Source of the DNA: an uncultured delta proteobacterium
Lineage (GTDB): Bacteria; Myxococcota_A; Polyangia; Fen-1088
Direction: 5' to 3'
Assembly: GCA_963796685.1 (NCBI GenBank)
Contig: CAWCMR010000015.1
Location: forward strand, 64,001 to 128,000
Length of the DNA: 64,000 nucleotides
Of this stretch, positions 37,970 to 50,572 are shown piece after piece (within the stretch, counting starts at the first letter, position 1; the number at the start of each line of letters is the position of its first letter). A model generated the notes under the pieces. That model was given only the letters and a program-made list of their open reading frames with translations. It made no database searches and was not told where the DNA came from. The position numbers and the translations under genes were made by a program.

Positions 37970-38496
37970 AATATGCCCGCCGCGAAGACGATGTCGGGGA
38001 ACAGCTGCTTTTCGCGCTGATCTTTCTCATCCTTGTAGGTGCGCATGGCATCCAGGGTCTTGACCACGGTCTCATAGGGTGTGGCCGCGTCGGCGTTGAA
38101 GGTGGCCTTGGTCTCGTCCGAGAACTCTTTCTTGATCTCGGCAAGCTTGGCGGTGAGAGCCGAGTAGTCGTAGTCGCCATTCGGCAGCTTGGGGATGGGG
38201 GGCATGACCCCCCCCGAGCCCGCCAGCGTGAAACCGGTGTTGCCCACCGTGACCGTGAGGTTGAGGGCCGGCTTTTCCGGTTGGCTGTCCGCGCCGCCCC
38301 CGACTCCGAAGGTCGGCGACGACACGTTGACCGTGCCGAGCGGAACCTGGTTGATGACCGACGCCAGCAAGAAAATGATGATGTTGGTGACGATGTCCAT
38401 GTAAGGAACGAGGTTGATTTCGCCGGTATCCTCCTCGGCTTCCTCGGACTCCGCCCGCATGTGCCGCATGCGAGCTCGTACCTGGCGTTTCGTCAT
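37966..38496 (-). CDS. ExbD/TolR family protein
   Basis: EINLVPYMDIVTNIIIFLL; ADAATPYETVVKTLDA. Confidence 0.88.
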   Translation of the reverse strand: MTKRQVRARMRHMRAESEEAEEDTGEINLVPYMDIVTNIIIFLLASVINQVPLGTVNVSSPTFGVGGGADSQPEKPALNLTVTVGNTGFTLAGSGGVMPPIPKLPNGDYDYSALTAKLAEIKKEFSDETKATFNADAATPYETVVKTLDAMRTYKDEKDQREKQLFPDIVFAAGIL

Positions 38497-38544
38497 CGCG
38501 TCTTGTTCCTTGAGAAGCTTGGTCGAGGTCGATGCGATTCCGAC

Positions 38545-39189
38545 CTACTTGGGCTGGCCTCCCGCGGAATGCGTCGTCTCCGCCAGGAGGTTTTCGAGCT
38601 TCAGCGAGAAGGCCTCCAGATCCGTGGCCTGTCGCTTCGACATCGAACCCAAGACGGCGTGGGCGATGATGCAGGTCACGGCGATGCCGAGACCCATGGC
38701 GGTGTTGTTGAGTGCCTCGGAAATGCCCTTGGCCAGGAGGTTGCTGCGCTCCTCCGGCTTGGCCGCAGCGACGGCGCCGAACGCCCGGATAAGACCGACA
38801 ACGGTTCCCAGTAGACCGATGAGGGTCGCGATGTTGGCCAGCGACCAGAGAATCTGGATGCGCTTCTTGATCATCGGGGTCACGTCCACGAGGGACTCTT
38901 CGATGGCTTGCGCCACGGCGATCTCGCCGCGATGCACCCGCTGGAGACCCGCCTTGGCCACTTGCGCGACGGGAGCGGTGGTGGCCGAGCACAGCTTCAC
39001 CGCGCGGTCGAGATTGTTCGCGAGCACGAGCTTGCGGATGTTTTCGAGGAAGGCGCGGGCGTTGACACTGCTTTTCACCAGGAAGAAGAGCAAGCGATCC
39101 ACGATCATCGAGAGCACGATGATCGAGGTGCCCAAGTTGAAGTACATGAGGGTACCGCCATCTTCCAGGAACTTTGCGAATCCTTGCAT
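38545..39189 (-). CDS. MotA/TolQ/ExbB proton-channel protein
   Basis: ANIATLIGLLGTVVGLI and GISEALNNTAMGL; ATG after GGAGG. Confidence 0.92.
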   Translation of the reverse strand: MQGFAKFLEDGGTLMYFNLGTSIIVLSMIVDRLLFFLVKSSVNARAFLENIRKLVLANNLDRAVKLCSATTAPVAQVAKAGLQRVHRGEIAVAQAIEESLVDVTPMIKKRIQILWSLANIATLIGLLGTVVGLIRAFGAVAAAKPEERSNLLAKGISEALNNTAMGLGIAVTCIIAHAVLGSMSKRQATDLEAFSLKLENLLAETTHSAGGQPK

Positions 39190-39288
39190 CTCATCCTCCG
39201 CGGGCCGTTTGGGTCCGCCATGGCCATCCCGCAAACGGGCTCGGCGAAAAGCAACTGTTGTCCTCAGGATCGTGTGCTACGGGTGGGT

Positions 39289-39316
39289 ATCTTATAGTCG
39301 GGCCCCAGCGTGTCAA
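39289..39316 (-). promoter_or_regulatory. sigma70-type promoter of the tolQ-exbD-exbD operon
   Basis: Minus strand TTGACA-N16-TAAGAT. Confidence 0.6.
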
Positions 39317-39437
39317 GCTAGGGGAATGTGAGTCGGTCCTCCGGATTCAGTCATGGAAACGAGTGGCGTCGACATCGCAGAACCTTCACTCTTTCTCCCG
39401 GCGCGCTTTCCTTGCGCCGGCTATTCTTCGTGCGTCC

Positions 39438-40364
39438 ATGACAACCGTCGATTCGCCAGCCGCCACGCGCTTTGCCTTCCTGACTCCGAGGGTGCTACCC
39501 AAGGCGGAAACCCTGGTCGGTCGGGTGGTCGTTCTCGACATCGCGTTTGCCGCGGAGACCGGGAAGACTTCGTTCGCCAGCGTGACCTTGCCGTTCATCA
39601 CCGCCCTCGGAGCTCGGCTTGCCGCGTGGGTCGATCACCATGATCACGAGCGCCACGTCGACTATGCGGGCGATGCGCGCTTCGTCCTGGCCAACAAGGC
39701 CCAGCACGGTGCCTGCCCCGAGATGGTGACTCCCGAGCTGGTGAAGCGCATCGGTCCGGTGGACACCATTGCCGTGCACGTCGATCTGGACGGCCTGTAC
39801 GCGGGCGCCAAGTGGGTGCTTGGCGGCGTCGAGCCTTACGAGGGCGCGGACGTGGACGCGCGCGCCATCGACACCCGCCGTGGCAAGCCCGGACCCATCG
39901 CCGAGCGAATCGATCGGGCGCTAAGGGCGCGCTTTCGCGACGAGAACCTCAAGCATCGCATCTTGCAGTATTTGATCGCCCGCACCCACGCTCCCCACCA
40001 CTTCGAGGAGATCGACGCCGCGGCCCGGCTGGTCGATCCCTTGCTGGAACAGGCGCAGCGCTTGGCAGCGCAGTTTCGCGTGGACGGAGCCGTGGCGTAC
40101 TTGGACGTGAAGTCGGGCGCGCCCTACGACAAGACCGAGCTCTTGCTCCTCGGACAGCAGCGCGCGGCGGTCGCGGTGGTGCGCGACTCCGGCTCGATCT
40201 CCATCGCGGCGGACTTCGAGTCCGGCTTGGATTTCGTCAAGCTGTTCGATCTCGGCGGCGGCATGCCGACGCGCGTCTCCGTCCCCGAGTCCCGGCGCGA
40301 CGAGGTGTTGGCCAAGCTGGCGCACAGCACGGCGCACCTAGCCCGCACCAATCACCACGATTGA
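39438..40364 (+). CDS. Hypothetical protein, DHH-phosphoesterase-like
   Basis: VVVLD, WVDHHDH and HVDLDG motifs; host codon usage. Confidence 0.6.
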   Translation: MTTVDSPAATRFAFLTPRVLPKAETLVGRVVVLDIAFAAETGKTSFASVTLPFITALGARLAAWVDHHDHERHVDYAGDARFVLANKAQHGACPEMVTPELVKRIGPVDTIAVHVDLDGLYAGAKWVLGGVEPYEGADVDARAIDTRRGKPGPIAERIDRALRARFRDENLKHRILQYLIARTHAPHHFEEIDAAARLVDPLLEQAQRLAAQFRVDGAVAYLDVKSGAPYDKTELLLLGQQRAAVAVVRDSGSISIAADFESGLDFVKLFDLGGGMPTRVSVPESRRDEVLAKLAHSTAHLARTNHHD

Positions 40365-40449
40365 GTCTCCGACGAGAACGCGTTGGCCTGGCCTGCGTGG
40401 TACCGACTTGGCACGGCTCGCGAATGATGCGGGCTGGCGAGGGTCGGCG

Positions 40450-41646
40450 CTACTCGGCCTTGAAGCGGTCCACCTTGAAGTCGCCGCTGGCGCCCGCGGT
40501 GGCGGGCGGGGGGGTGTAGCCTGTACGTCCCCCGGCGCCGGGATCGAAGCCCGAAGCGACGCTCCCCCCTTTGCTCACGCCGCGGAAGAACAGGGCGAAA
40601 TCGTCGGCGTTGGTTGCGTTGGAAAGCGCCTCGTCGTAGGTCACGAAGCGGTTCTTGACCAGCTCGGTGAGGGACTGGTCGAAGCTGATCATGCCGTACG
40701 GATCGCGGCCGCTGGCGATGGCCTCGTGGATCTCGCGCGTGCGCTTGGGATCGGCGATGAGCTCCTTCACGCGCGCGGTATTGACCAGGATTTCCACGGC
40801 CGGAACCATGCCCATCTTATCGGCGCGTGTCACCAGTCGCTGCGAGACGACCCCCTTGAGCACCGCACACAGTTGCAACCGCGCTTGTCCTTGCTGGTGC
40901 GGAGGGTAGATGGCCACGATACGGTTGATGGTCTCGACAGCATCGACGGTGTGCAGGGTCGATAGTACCAGGTGGCCGGTCTCCGCCGCGGTGAGCGCGA
41001 TCTCGGTGGTTTCGAGGTCGCGCATTTCGCCCACGAAGATGACATCCGGATCTTGGCGCAGGGACGCGCGCAAGGCACGCGCGAACGAGGTCGTGTCGAA
41101 CCCGATCTCGCGCTGGTTGATCACACTGCGCCGATCCTTGAACGCGTACTCGATGGGGTCTTCGATGGTGATGATGTGGACCGCCCGGTTCGAGTTGATG
41201 TAGTCGATCATGGCGGCCAGGGTGGTCGACTTGCCCGAGCCGGTGATGCCCGTGACCAGCACCAGCCCGCGTTCTTCGTCGGCCAGACTCAGAACTTTCG
41301 GTGGCAGGTTCAGGCGCTCGAAGGGCGGCACGTTGGGCGGGATGAGGCGCATGACCACGCCCATGAGTCCGCGCTGCTGCAGCACGTTCACGCGGTAGCG
41401 GTAGCCTTCCTGCGTGGAGTAGGCAAGATCCACGTCCCAGTTCTTGTCGTAGATGTCGCGCTGCCGCGGATTCATCATGCCGAACCCGAACTCCTCGATG
41501 GATTCCTTGGTCAGGGGCGGCACGTTGGCGACGGTCCGAAGATCGCCTTTGACCCGAAAGATCGGCGGCAGGCCGACCTTGAGATGGACATCGGATGCGC
41601 CGAGTTGGCGAGCTGCCCCGAGCACCTTGTCGAGAACGCTGGTCAT
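40450..41646 (-). CDS. pilT: PilT/PilU-family type IV pilus ATPase (PilT paralogue)
   Basis: ASDVHL, TGITGSGKSTT, TIEDPIE, LRQDPDVIFVGEMRD, AETGHLVLSTLHT; AIRNLIRE motif degenerate (RVKELIAD). Confidence 0.8.
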   Translation of the reverse strand: MTSVLDKVLGAARQLGASDVHLKVGLPPIFRVKGDLRTVANVPPLTKESIEEFGFGMMNPRQRDIYDKNWDVDLAYSTQEGYRYRVNVLQQRGLMGVVMRLIPPNVPPFERLNLPPKVLSLADEERGLVLVTGITGSGKSTTLAAMIDYINSNRAVHIITIEDPIEYAFKDRRSVINQREIGFDTTSFARALRASLRQDPDVIFVGEMRDLETTEIALTAAETGHLVLSTLHTVDAVETINRIVAIYPPHQQGQARLQLCAVLKGVVSQRLVTRADKMGMVPAVEILVNTARVKELIADPKRTREIHEAIASGRDPYGMISFDQSLTELVKNRFVTYDEALSNATNADDFALFFRGVSKGGSVASGFDPGAGGRTGYTPPPATAGASGDFKVDRFKAE

Positions 41647-41732
41647 GGTGGTTGGCCGTCCCCAGGGTACCACGAGCCGCCTCGTACGCGTCTTTTGACC
41701 TTTGACCGACTCTCCCCTAGGGTTGATGGGTC

Positions 41733-42770
41733 GTGACATCACCGGACAGCCAGTCTGCAACGGGACAAGAGATCCTTGTCCTTGACGCGGACGAGAACGT
41801 GCGCAAGGGCGCGGATCGCCTGCTGCGCGAGGCTGGCCTCACGGTCACGCTCCTGGCTGATATGGAGCGGGCCAAGGATCAGATCGCCAATCGCTTCTTC
41901 CCCGTCGTTCTCGCCGATCTCGACACGCCCACGCAGAACGCGGCCATCGACCTCATCAAGTTCGTGCGCCAGCGCTCACGCCAGACTGCCGTCATCGTGA
42001 TGAGCCGCCGCATCGGGTTCGATGCCGTGGCGCCGGTCTTTCGCGCCGGGGCCACGGACGTGATCCCCAAAGCGCGTGAGTATGTGCACGACTTGCGCGA
42101 GCGGGTCGTGCGGGCAGCGACCGACGTCAAGGCAGCCATGGGACGCGAGCAGCTCCTCGTGGAGCTGGTCGATCTGAACGAGGAGCTTCTGCGCAAGATG
42201 ATGGCGCTGTCCCGGCAGTCCACGGATGCGGAGGACAAGCTCCTGTCTCGCGAAGGTGGCCTGTCGTCGTCGGCCAGCGGGCTCGGCGCGCTCAACTTGC
42301 TGCTGGTGGATGACGACGCGGCGTTGGCGGACGCCCTCGAGAAGGAATTGACCGAGGACAAGGGCTGGCGCCTGCGTCACGTGCAAAGCGGGGGCGAGGC
42401 GCTGGACAGCGCCACGCAAGTCCCACCGTCCGTGCTCGTGGCCAAGGAGAACCTGCCCGACCTCACGGGCAGCATGGTGGTGAACACCATCAAGGCAAGG
42501 GTACCAAGCCTGGTGGCCATGGTTTTCGCGCCGCCGACGCCCGGCCATGCCGGCGAGGTCAAGATCTCCGATCAAAGCCGTCTGCACGTCCTTCTGCCCC
42601 GGTTCGTCGCACCCAACGAGCTCATCGCCCAGCTGACCGAGGTCCGCGAAGCACTCACGCGAAAAGCGCGCGAACGCCGCTACGTGAAGATCTTCCAGAC
42701 TCAGTACATGGAAGTGTTGCAGAAGTGTCACCGCCTCAAGCAAGAGGCGGACAAGCTCGTTCAGCCGTGA
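41733..42770 (+). CDS. Protein with two receiver-like domains joined by a coiled coil, no output domain
   Basis: EILVLDAD...VVLADLDTP and NLLLVDDD...VLVAKENLPD. Confidence 0.75.
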   Translation: MTSPDSQSATGQEILVLDADENVRKGADRLLREAGLTVTLLADMERAKDQIANRFFPVVLADLDTPTQNAAIDLIKFVRQRSRQTAVIVMSRRIGFDAVAPVFRAGATDVIPKAREYVHDLRERVVRAATDVKAAMGREQLLVELVDLNEELLRKMMALSRQSTDAEDKLLSREGGLSSSASGLGALNLLLVDDDAALADALEKELTEDKGWRLRHVQSGGEALDSATQVPPSVLVAKENLPDLTGSMVVNTIKARVPSLVAMVFAPPTPGHAGEVKISDQSRLHVLLPRFVAPNELIAQLTEVREALTRKARERRYVKIFQTQYMEVLQKCHRLKQEADKLVQP

Positions 42771-42811
42771 AGGGAGGCATTCACTCCCTTCGCGCTGCGT
42801 GCTGCTTGGGT

Positions 42812-43576
42812 TCAATCCTTGACGAGCAGGTGGCTGAGGTGGACGTTGCCGAGGGCGGCCAACATGGTTTGGCGGAGATGGGGGTACTCGCCCTCCATGC
42901 GCGCGAGCAGGGATTTCATCTGCTTGCGCTGGGCGTTGGGCAGCGAGCCGCACAGGTTGCATGGCAGGATCGGCACTTTGCGGTTGGCGGCGAACTCCGC
43001 CAGATCCTTTTCGGCGCAGTAAATGAGGGGTCTTATCACGGTGTGTTCGCCATCGTCGCTGGTCAGGCGCGCCGGCATGGAGGCCAGCTTGCCGGCAAAG
43101 AAGAGATTGAGCAGCAGTGTCTCCACGGCGTCGTCGCGGTGGTGGCCGAGCGCGATCTTGTTGCAGCCGAATTCGTCCGCGAAGCGATACAGGATCGCGC
43201 GACGAAGGCGCGCGCACATGGAGCAGGGCGTGCGTCCTTCGGGGATGGTCTCTTTCACGATAGCGTAGGTGTCCTCGCGCACGATGCGGTGGGCGAAGCC
43301 GTTGTCCGTCAGCCATGCCCGAAGCGGCTCGGGGCTGTGGCCCGGCTGGCCTTGATCGAGGTGGACGGCCAGCAGCTCGAATCGGATCGGCGCCCGGCGA
43401 CGCAGGACTTCAAGCAGCAGCAGCAGCGCGTAGCTGTCCTTGCCGCCCGAGAGCGCCACCATGATGCGATCCCCAGCCGAGATCAGCCCAAAATCCGCGA
43501 TGGCTCGGCCCGTGTGGTGGATGAGGTCGCGCTCCGGATCGGGCGCTGCGGAAGTTGCAGTTTGGAAATTCGTCAT
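42812..43576 (-). CDS. ttcA: tRNA 2-thiocytidine(32) synthetase
   Basis: SGGKDS PP-loop, CSMCARLRR, ALGHHRDD, VIRPL, PCNLCGS. Confidence 0.93.
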   Translation of the reverse strand: MTNFQTATSAAPDPERDLIHHTGRAIADFGLISAGDRIMVALSGGKDSYALLLLLEVLRRRAPIRFELLAVHLDQGQPGHSPEPLRAWLTDNGFAHRIVREDTYAIVKETIPEGRTPCSMCARLRRAILYRFADEFGCNKIALGHHRDDAVETLLLNLFFAGKLASMPARLTSDDGEHTVIRPLIYCAEKDLAEFAANRKVPILPCNLCGSLPNAQRKQMKSLLARMEGEYPHLRQTMLAALGNVHLSHLLVKD

Positions 43577-43719
43577 CGTGGTCGAGCGGCAGTCGGGGTG
43601 CAGCCTACTTTAGGAGAGGCAGTCGGACGAATCCAGGGCGCGGCGCATTGGGTGGCGCGGCGATCTGGAACTGGTTGCAGACTATGCTAGCTGTTTAGGG
43701 TAGTGGGTTAAGGCAATCC

Positions 43720-44920
43720 ATGGCCAGCACGGGTCCGGCAAAGCCCAGCAAACGCACGTCGATTCTTCGATGGCTGGCGCTAGCCTTGATCATCCACGCC
43801 GAAGTCATCGGTGTGGTTGGTGTCATGCTCTACTTGTGGGCTCCCCGCCAGGCCGAGGTCGATGCCAGACGCCGCGCGGCCGCGGCGGCCGAGCCCATCT
43901 CCGTGAGCACGGTGGACAGCGACACCGCTCGCAAGATCATCGCCGATCTCGAACACCAGGAAGAGAAGGCCAAGCAGGAGCAGATCAAGAAGGAAGAGGA
44001 TTCCCCCAAGGCGCCGGGGCAGGTCGTCGATCTACCTCGTCCGCGCGACGAGCGGCGGCCGGACGAAGCGCGTTTCGCCGCCGAGTACGATTCTTGGGTC
44101 GAGAAGGAGACCAAGCACTACGGCAAGTTCGATCCCAACTCGCAGCAGCGCCACACCGGCGAGGTCGAGCCGAACAGGCGGAACACGCCAGCGTTGACGC
44201 CCAACCCATCGGAGTTCCCTGCCTCGCCCGGGCCACTGGCCATGCGGACGCCGGACGAAGAGCGGCGCAGCCAGCCCGTGCGGTCACGCGCGGGCGAGGC
44301 CGCCCCGACCGCGAACCAGGCCGGCAGCGAGGAACAATTGGCGTCGGATCCCGACGGCGCCTTCGCCCATTCGGGAGGCGGCAAGCCCCGGCCGCAGCGT
44401 TTGGTCAACCCCGCCGAGACCCAATCCGGGGGTCGCCCCGGGCTCTATGGGCTCGTGCCCTCGGAAGAGCAGATCGCGCGCGCCGTGGGCAGCGGGACGC
44501 AAGAATCACCTGGCCGATATCGACGACGGAAACGAAACCGCGCTCAACGCGAAGCGCTGGGTCTACGCCACCTTCTTCAACCGCATCAAGGAGCGCGTCC
44601 GCGATCACTGGAAGCCCGCCGAGGAGTACCAGCGTCGCGATCCCACCGGCAAGATCTACGGCGCCGAGGATCGCTACACGCTTCTGCAGGTGAGCCTCAA
44701 GGCCGATGGGTCGCTGTCCAACGTTTCGGTCACGCACACTTGCGGCCTCGACTTTCTCGACGATACCGCGGTCACTGCCTTCAAGGAGGCGCAGCCCTTC
44801 ATCAACCCGCCCAGGAAGTTGGTCGAAGACGGTCACGGCTTCGTGACCTTCGGCTTCGGATTCTTCTTCGAAGTCTCCGGTGCCCCGCGCCTGAGAATGT
44901 TCCGCTACAAGAGCATGTAG
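43720..44920 (+). CDS. TonB-family energy transducer-like protein (one extra A near 44504)
   Basis: N-terminal TM with His (ALIIHAE), Pro-rich linker, TonB-C-like end (FFNRIKERVRDHW...GLDFLDDTAVTAFKEAQPF.NPP). Confidence 0.75.
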
Positions 44921-44921
44921 A

Positions 44922-47619
<2,698 letters not shown>

Positions 47620-47793
47620 GGTCCGGCTAACGTAGCAAGGTCCCAACGCGAGGTCGAGGTGGCGTGAACGCAGATGGTGGCCTCGACGGCACGAGATTGG
47701 GTTATGCTTGAGCGCATCTTGGACGCACTCGGGCGGCAAGGCCGTTGGAGCCGCGGCACTTTCGTGGAACCTGTTGCCATCGAAGGGGGGCGC

Positions 47794-48885
47794 ATGTCCG
47801 AAAACCCAGGGGGGCGCGGCGACATTCTCATCGTCGACGATGGGCCAGAGAATCTGCGGGTCTTGAGCGAGCTCCTGCGCAGCGAGGGCTACCTGGCCCG
47901 TCCGGTTGCCGATCCCGTCATGGCGCTCGAGGTTGCCGCGGCCGAGCCCCCTGATCTCATCCTGCTGGACATCATGATGCCGGGGATGGACGGCTTCGAG
48001 GTCTGCCGGCGCCTCAAGCGCGATGCGCGCTTGCGCGATATTCCGGTGGTCTTCCTGTCCGCCATCGACAGCGTGTCCGACAAGGTCGAGGCCTTCAGGG
48101 TGGGCGCCGTCGACTACGTCTCCAAGCCGTTCCAGTTCGCCGAAGTGCGCATGCGCGTAGAGACCCACCTCCGCTTGCGGCGTCTGCAGGTCGAGCTGGA
48201 AGCCAAGAATCGCCGTCTCCTCGATCTGGTCGGCGAGCAGGTACGCGAGATCTCCGATTCCCAGATGGCGACCATCTTCGCCCTGGCCAAGCTGGCCGAA
48301 TCGCGCGACGGCGAAACCGGCAAGCACATCGAGCGCGTTCAGCTCTATTGCAAGCTGCTCGCGGCCACCCTGGCCGAGCAAGAGCGCTATGCGGGGCGCA
48401 TCGAGGAATCCTTCATCGAGAATATGTTTCTCGCCAGCCCCCTGCACGACATCGGGAAGGTGGCCATTCGCGACCACATCTTGCTCAAGCGGGGCGAGCT
48501 CACGCCGAGCGAGTTCGAGGAAATGAAGACCCACACCACCCTCGGCGCCCAGACCCTGGAAGCGGTCAAGACGCGTTACCCGCGCAACGAGTTTCTGCGT
48601 GTCGGGATCGAGATCGCGCGTTGCCATCACGAACGCTGGGACGGCCAGGGCTATCCCGCGGGCTTGGCAGGCACGGACATTCCGCTTTCGGCGCGCATCA
48701 TGGCCGTGGCGGACTCCTACGACGCGGCCCGCTCGAGGCGCTGCTACAAGCCGGCCCTGAGTCATTCCGAGTGCCGACATGCCCTGGGGCTTCGCAGTGG
48801 AACCTACCTGGATCCCGACGTCGTCTTGGCGTTCGAAGACGTGCAAGGGCTGTTCGAAGACGTCGCCCACGCGCTGAATGACTAG
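47794..48885 (+). CDS. Response regulator with HD-GYP phosphodiesterase domain (RpfG-like)
   Basis: ILIVDD...LLDIMMPG receiver; LHDIGK, HHERWDGQGYP, AVADSYDA. Confidence 0.9.
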   Translation: MSENPGGRGDILIVDDGPENLRVLSELLRSEGYLARPVADPVMALEVAAAEPPDLILLDIMMPGMDGFEVCRRLKRDARLRDIPVVFLSAIDSVSDKVEAFRVGAVDYVSKPFQFAEVRMRVETHLRLRRLQVELEAKNRRLLDLVGEQVREISDSQMATIFALAKLAESRDGETGKHIERVQLYCKLLAATLAEQERYAGRIEESFIENMFLASPLHDIGKVAIRDHILLKRGELTPSEFEEMKTHTTLGAQTLEAVKTRYPRNEFLRVGIEIARCHHERWDGQGYPAGLAGTDIPLSARIMAVADSYDAARSRRCYKPALSHSECRHALGLRSGTYLDPDVVLAFEDVQGLFEDVAHALND

Positions 48886-48914
48886 ACATTGAGAGAGACC
48901 GTGACAGCGCGGAA

Positions 48915-49087
48915 GGTACCAGAAGACACCTTTCCGCGACAGATGCACCCACCCAATCGGAGCGATGACGGGTGGTCGTGAACGTAGACGGCTTACCGTG
49001 GCCGTGGTCGTGGCCGACGGCAATTTCAACCGGCCGTCGGCCACGGCCACGGCCACGACCACGACCACGACCTTCTGCGGCTATCGC
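48915..49087. repeat. Dispersed intergenic repeat, copy 1 (hexamer CCACGR tract, long hairpin)
   Basis: Shares GGTACC...CACCCAATCGG.GC.ATGACGG...GTCGTG...AACCGGCC...(CCACGR)n CCTTCTGCGGCTATCGC with 59255-59383; 24-bp inverted repeat 48997-49020/49034-49057. Confidence 0.8.
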
Positions 49088-49119
49088 GGGATCATTGGGA
49101 GAGCTCTGGGTTGAAGCGG

Positions 49120-49225
49120 GTGCCGGATTCGCACAGAATGAATGCGGAATCCGCATTCACGAACTGCTCGCCGGAGGAACAGATCCGCATGGTTACGCCA
49201 GTCCCGGGTAGGCACGGCCTTTGCT
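49120..49225 (+). promoter_or_regulatory. sigma54 promoter with tandem palindromic upstream activator sites
   Basis: GGCACG-GCCT-TTGCT at 49211-49225; TGC-N7-GCA palindromes at 49121 and 49143 (22 bp apart). Confidence 0.7.
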
Positions 49226-49268
49226 CGACCTTGGGGTCGATGATGTTCGCGAAAGGACGTACGAGCTC

Positions 49269-50570
49269 TTGAAGCCCTCGCCCGTGTACCTGCGCTGGGG
49301 CTTGCTGGTTTCGTCGGCGGCGATGGCCGCCGTGCTGGTGGCGACCGGGTTGTGGGTGCGCGCCGGCATCCGGCAGGCCGCAAGCACGGTCACCCAGGGG
49401 CAGACCATCGCGATTGCCTTCATCGCTCGTCGGGCTTTGCGACCGGCCGCCGCGATCGATGCGGCAGCGTTGCAGGAGGTCCTCGAAGAGCTCGCGGCGC
49501 AGGGGCTGCGCTACGTCGAGGTTCGCGATGCAGACGGAGCTCTTTTGGCCACGGCCGGCAAGCAGGCTACGGACGTCCGGTGGCCCGGCGGCGGCAGTCT
49601 CGGCCCATCCGCAACCATCGCATTCGGCCCGGGCGGATCCAGCGCGCAGCTCTTGATTCGTCCCAATGACACGCCGGGAACCGCTGCGGCTCGACCGTCC
49701 AGCCAGGTCCCTTCGCCGGCGCCACCCGATCACCCGCTGCACGGCAAGCAGGTTTTGTTCGAGGTAGATTCGGCCGCTGCCCACGCCTTGGCGTGGCGGG
49801 CGCGGGTCACCCTTGCGGTCAGCCTCTTGGCGGCCTTGGTCTTGATGGGGCTCTGCGCTGTGTTTTGGCGTATCTCGCGCAACGCGGAGAAGGCCTCGGT
49901 CCAGCTCGAGCGTGACCGACAGCTCAAAGTGCTCGGACAGATGTCGGCCGTGCTCGGCCACGAGATCAAGAATCCTCTGGCCTCGCTCAAGGGGCACGTC
50001 CAGCTCTTGCTCGAAAAGCTCCCGCCCGATCACCCCGGTCGCAAGGGCGCCGAGATCGTGTTGCGCGAGACCGTGCGCCTGGAAGAGCTTTCACGCCAGG
50101 TGTTGGAATTCGCACGCACGGGTGCCGTCGCGTGCGAATCCGCCGATCCGGCGGCCGTGGTTCGCGCGGCCATCGACGACGCGGGCAGCGACGATATCCA
50201 CCTGCACGCCGATTCCGCCCCCGCGGCCTGGCCCCTCGACAGCGCGCGCATGGAAGAGGTGCTGGTCAATCTGCTGCGCAATGCGCGCGATGCCTCACCG
50301 GCTGGAAAACCCATCGATGTCGCCCTCGATGTTCAGGCCGATCGCCATCTGGTCATCGAAGTTCGCGATCGCGGCGAAGGTATTCCCGCGGGCGAGGAAG
50401 AACGGGTTTTCGAGCCCTTCTACACCCGAAGGGCGAAGGGTACCGGGCTTGGCCTGGCCCTGGCTCGACGGATCGTGGAGGGGCATGGCGGAGCGATCAC
50501 CGCTCGCAATCATGCGGACGGAGGCGCGGTCTTTTCCGTACGGTTGCCTCCGCCAGCGCGAGGAGTCTAG
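49269..50570 (+). CDS. Membrane sensor histidine kinase
   Basis: Two TM helices, H-box LGHEIKNPL, NLLRNA, DRGEG, GTGLGL; TTG start inferred downstream of the sigma54 promoter. Confidence 0.88.
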   Translation: MKPSPVYLRWGLLVSSAAMAAVLVATGLWVRAGIRQAASTVTQGQTIAIAFIARRALRPAAAIDAAALQEVLEELAAQGLRYVEVRDADGALLATAGKQATDVRWPGGGSLGPSATIAFGPGGSSAQLLIRPNDTPGTAAARPSSQVPSPAPPDHPLHGKQVLFEVDSAAAHALAWRARVTLAVSLLAALVLMGLCAVFWRISRNAEKASVQLERDRQLKVLGQMSAVLGHEIKNPLASLKGHVQLLLEKLPPDHPGRKGAEIVLRETVRLEELSRQVLEFARTGAVACESADPAAVVRAAIDDAGSDDIHLHADSAPAAWPLDSARMEEVLVNLLRNARDASPAGKPIDVALDVQADRHLVIEVRDRGEGIPAGEEERVFEPFYTRRAKGTGLGLALARRIVEGHGGAITARNHADGGAVFSVRLPPPARGV

Positions 50571-50572
50571 TC

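Noticed and set aside
37394-39189. Gene symbols aglR/aglQ/aglS
   Set aside because: The layout fits, but myxobacteria have paralogous cassettes and orthology cannot be established by eye
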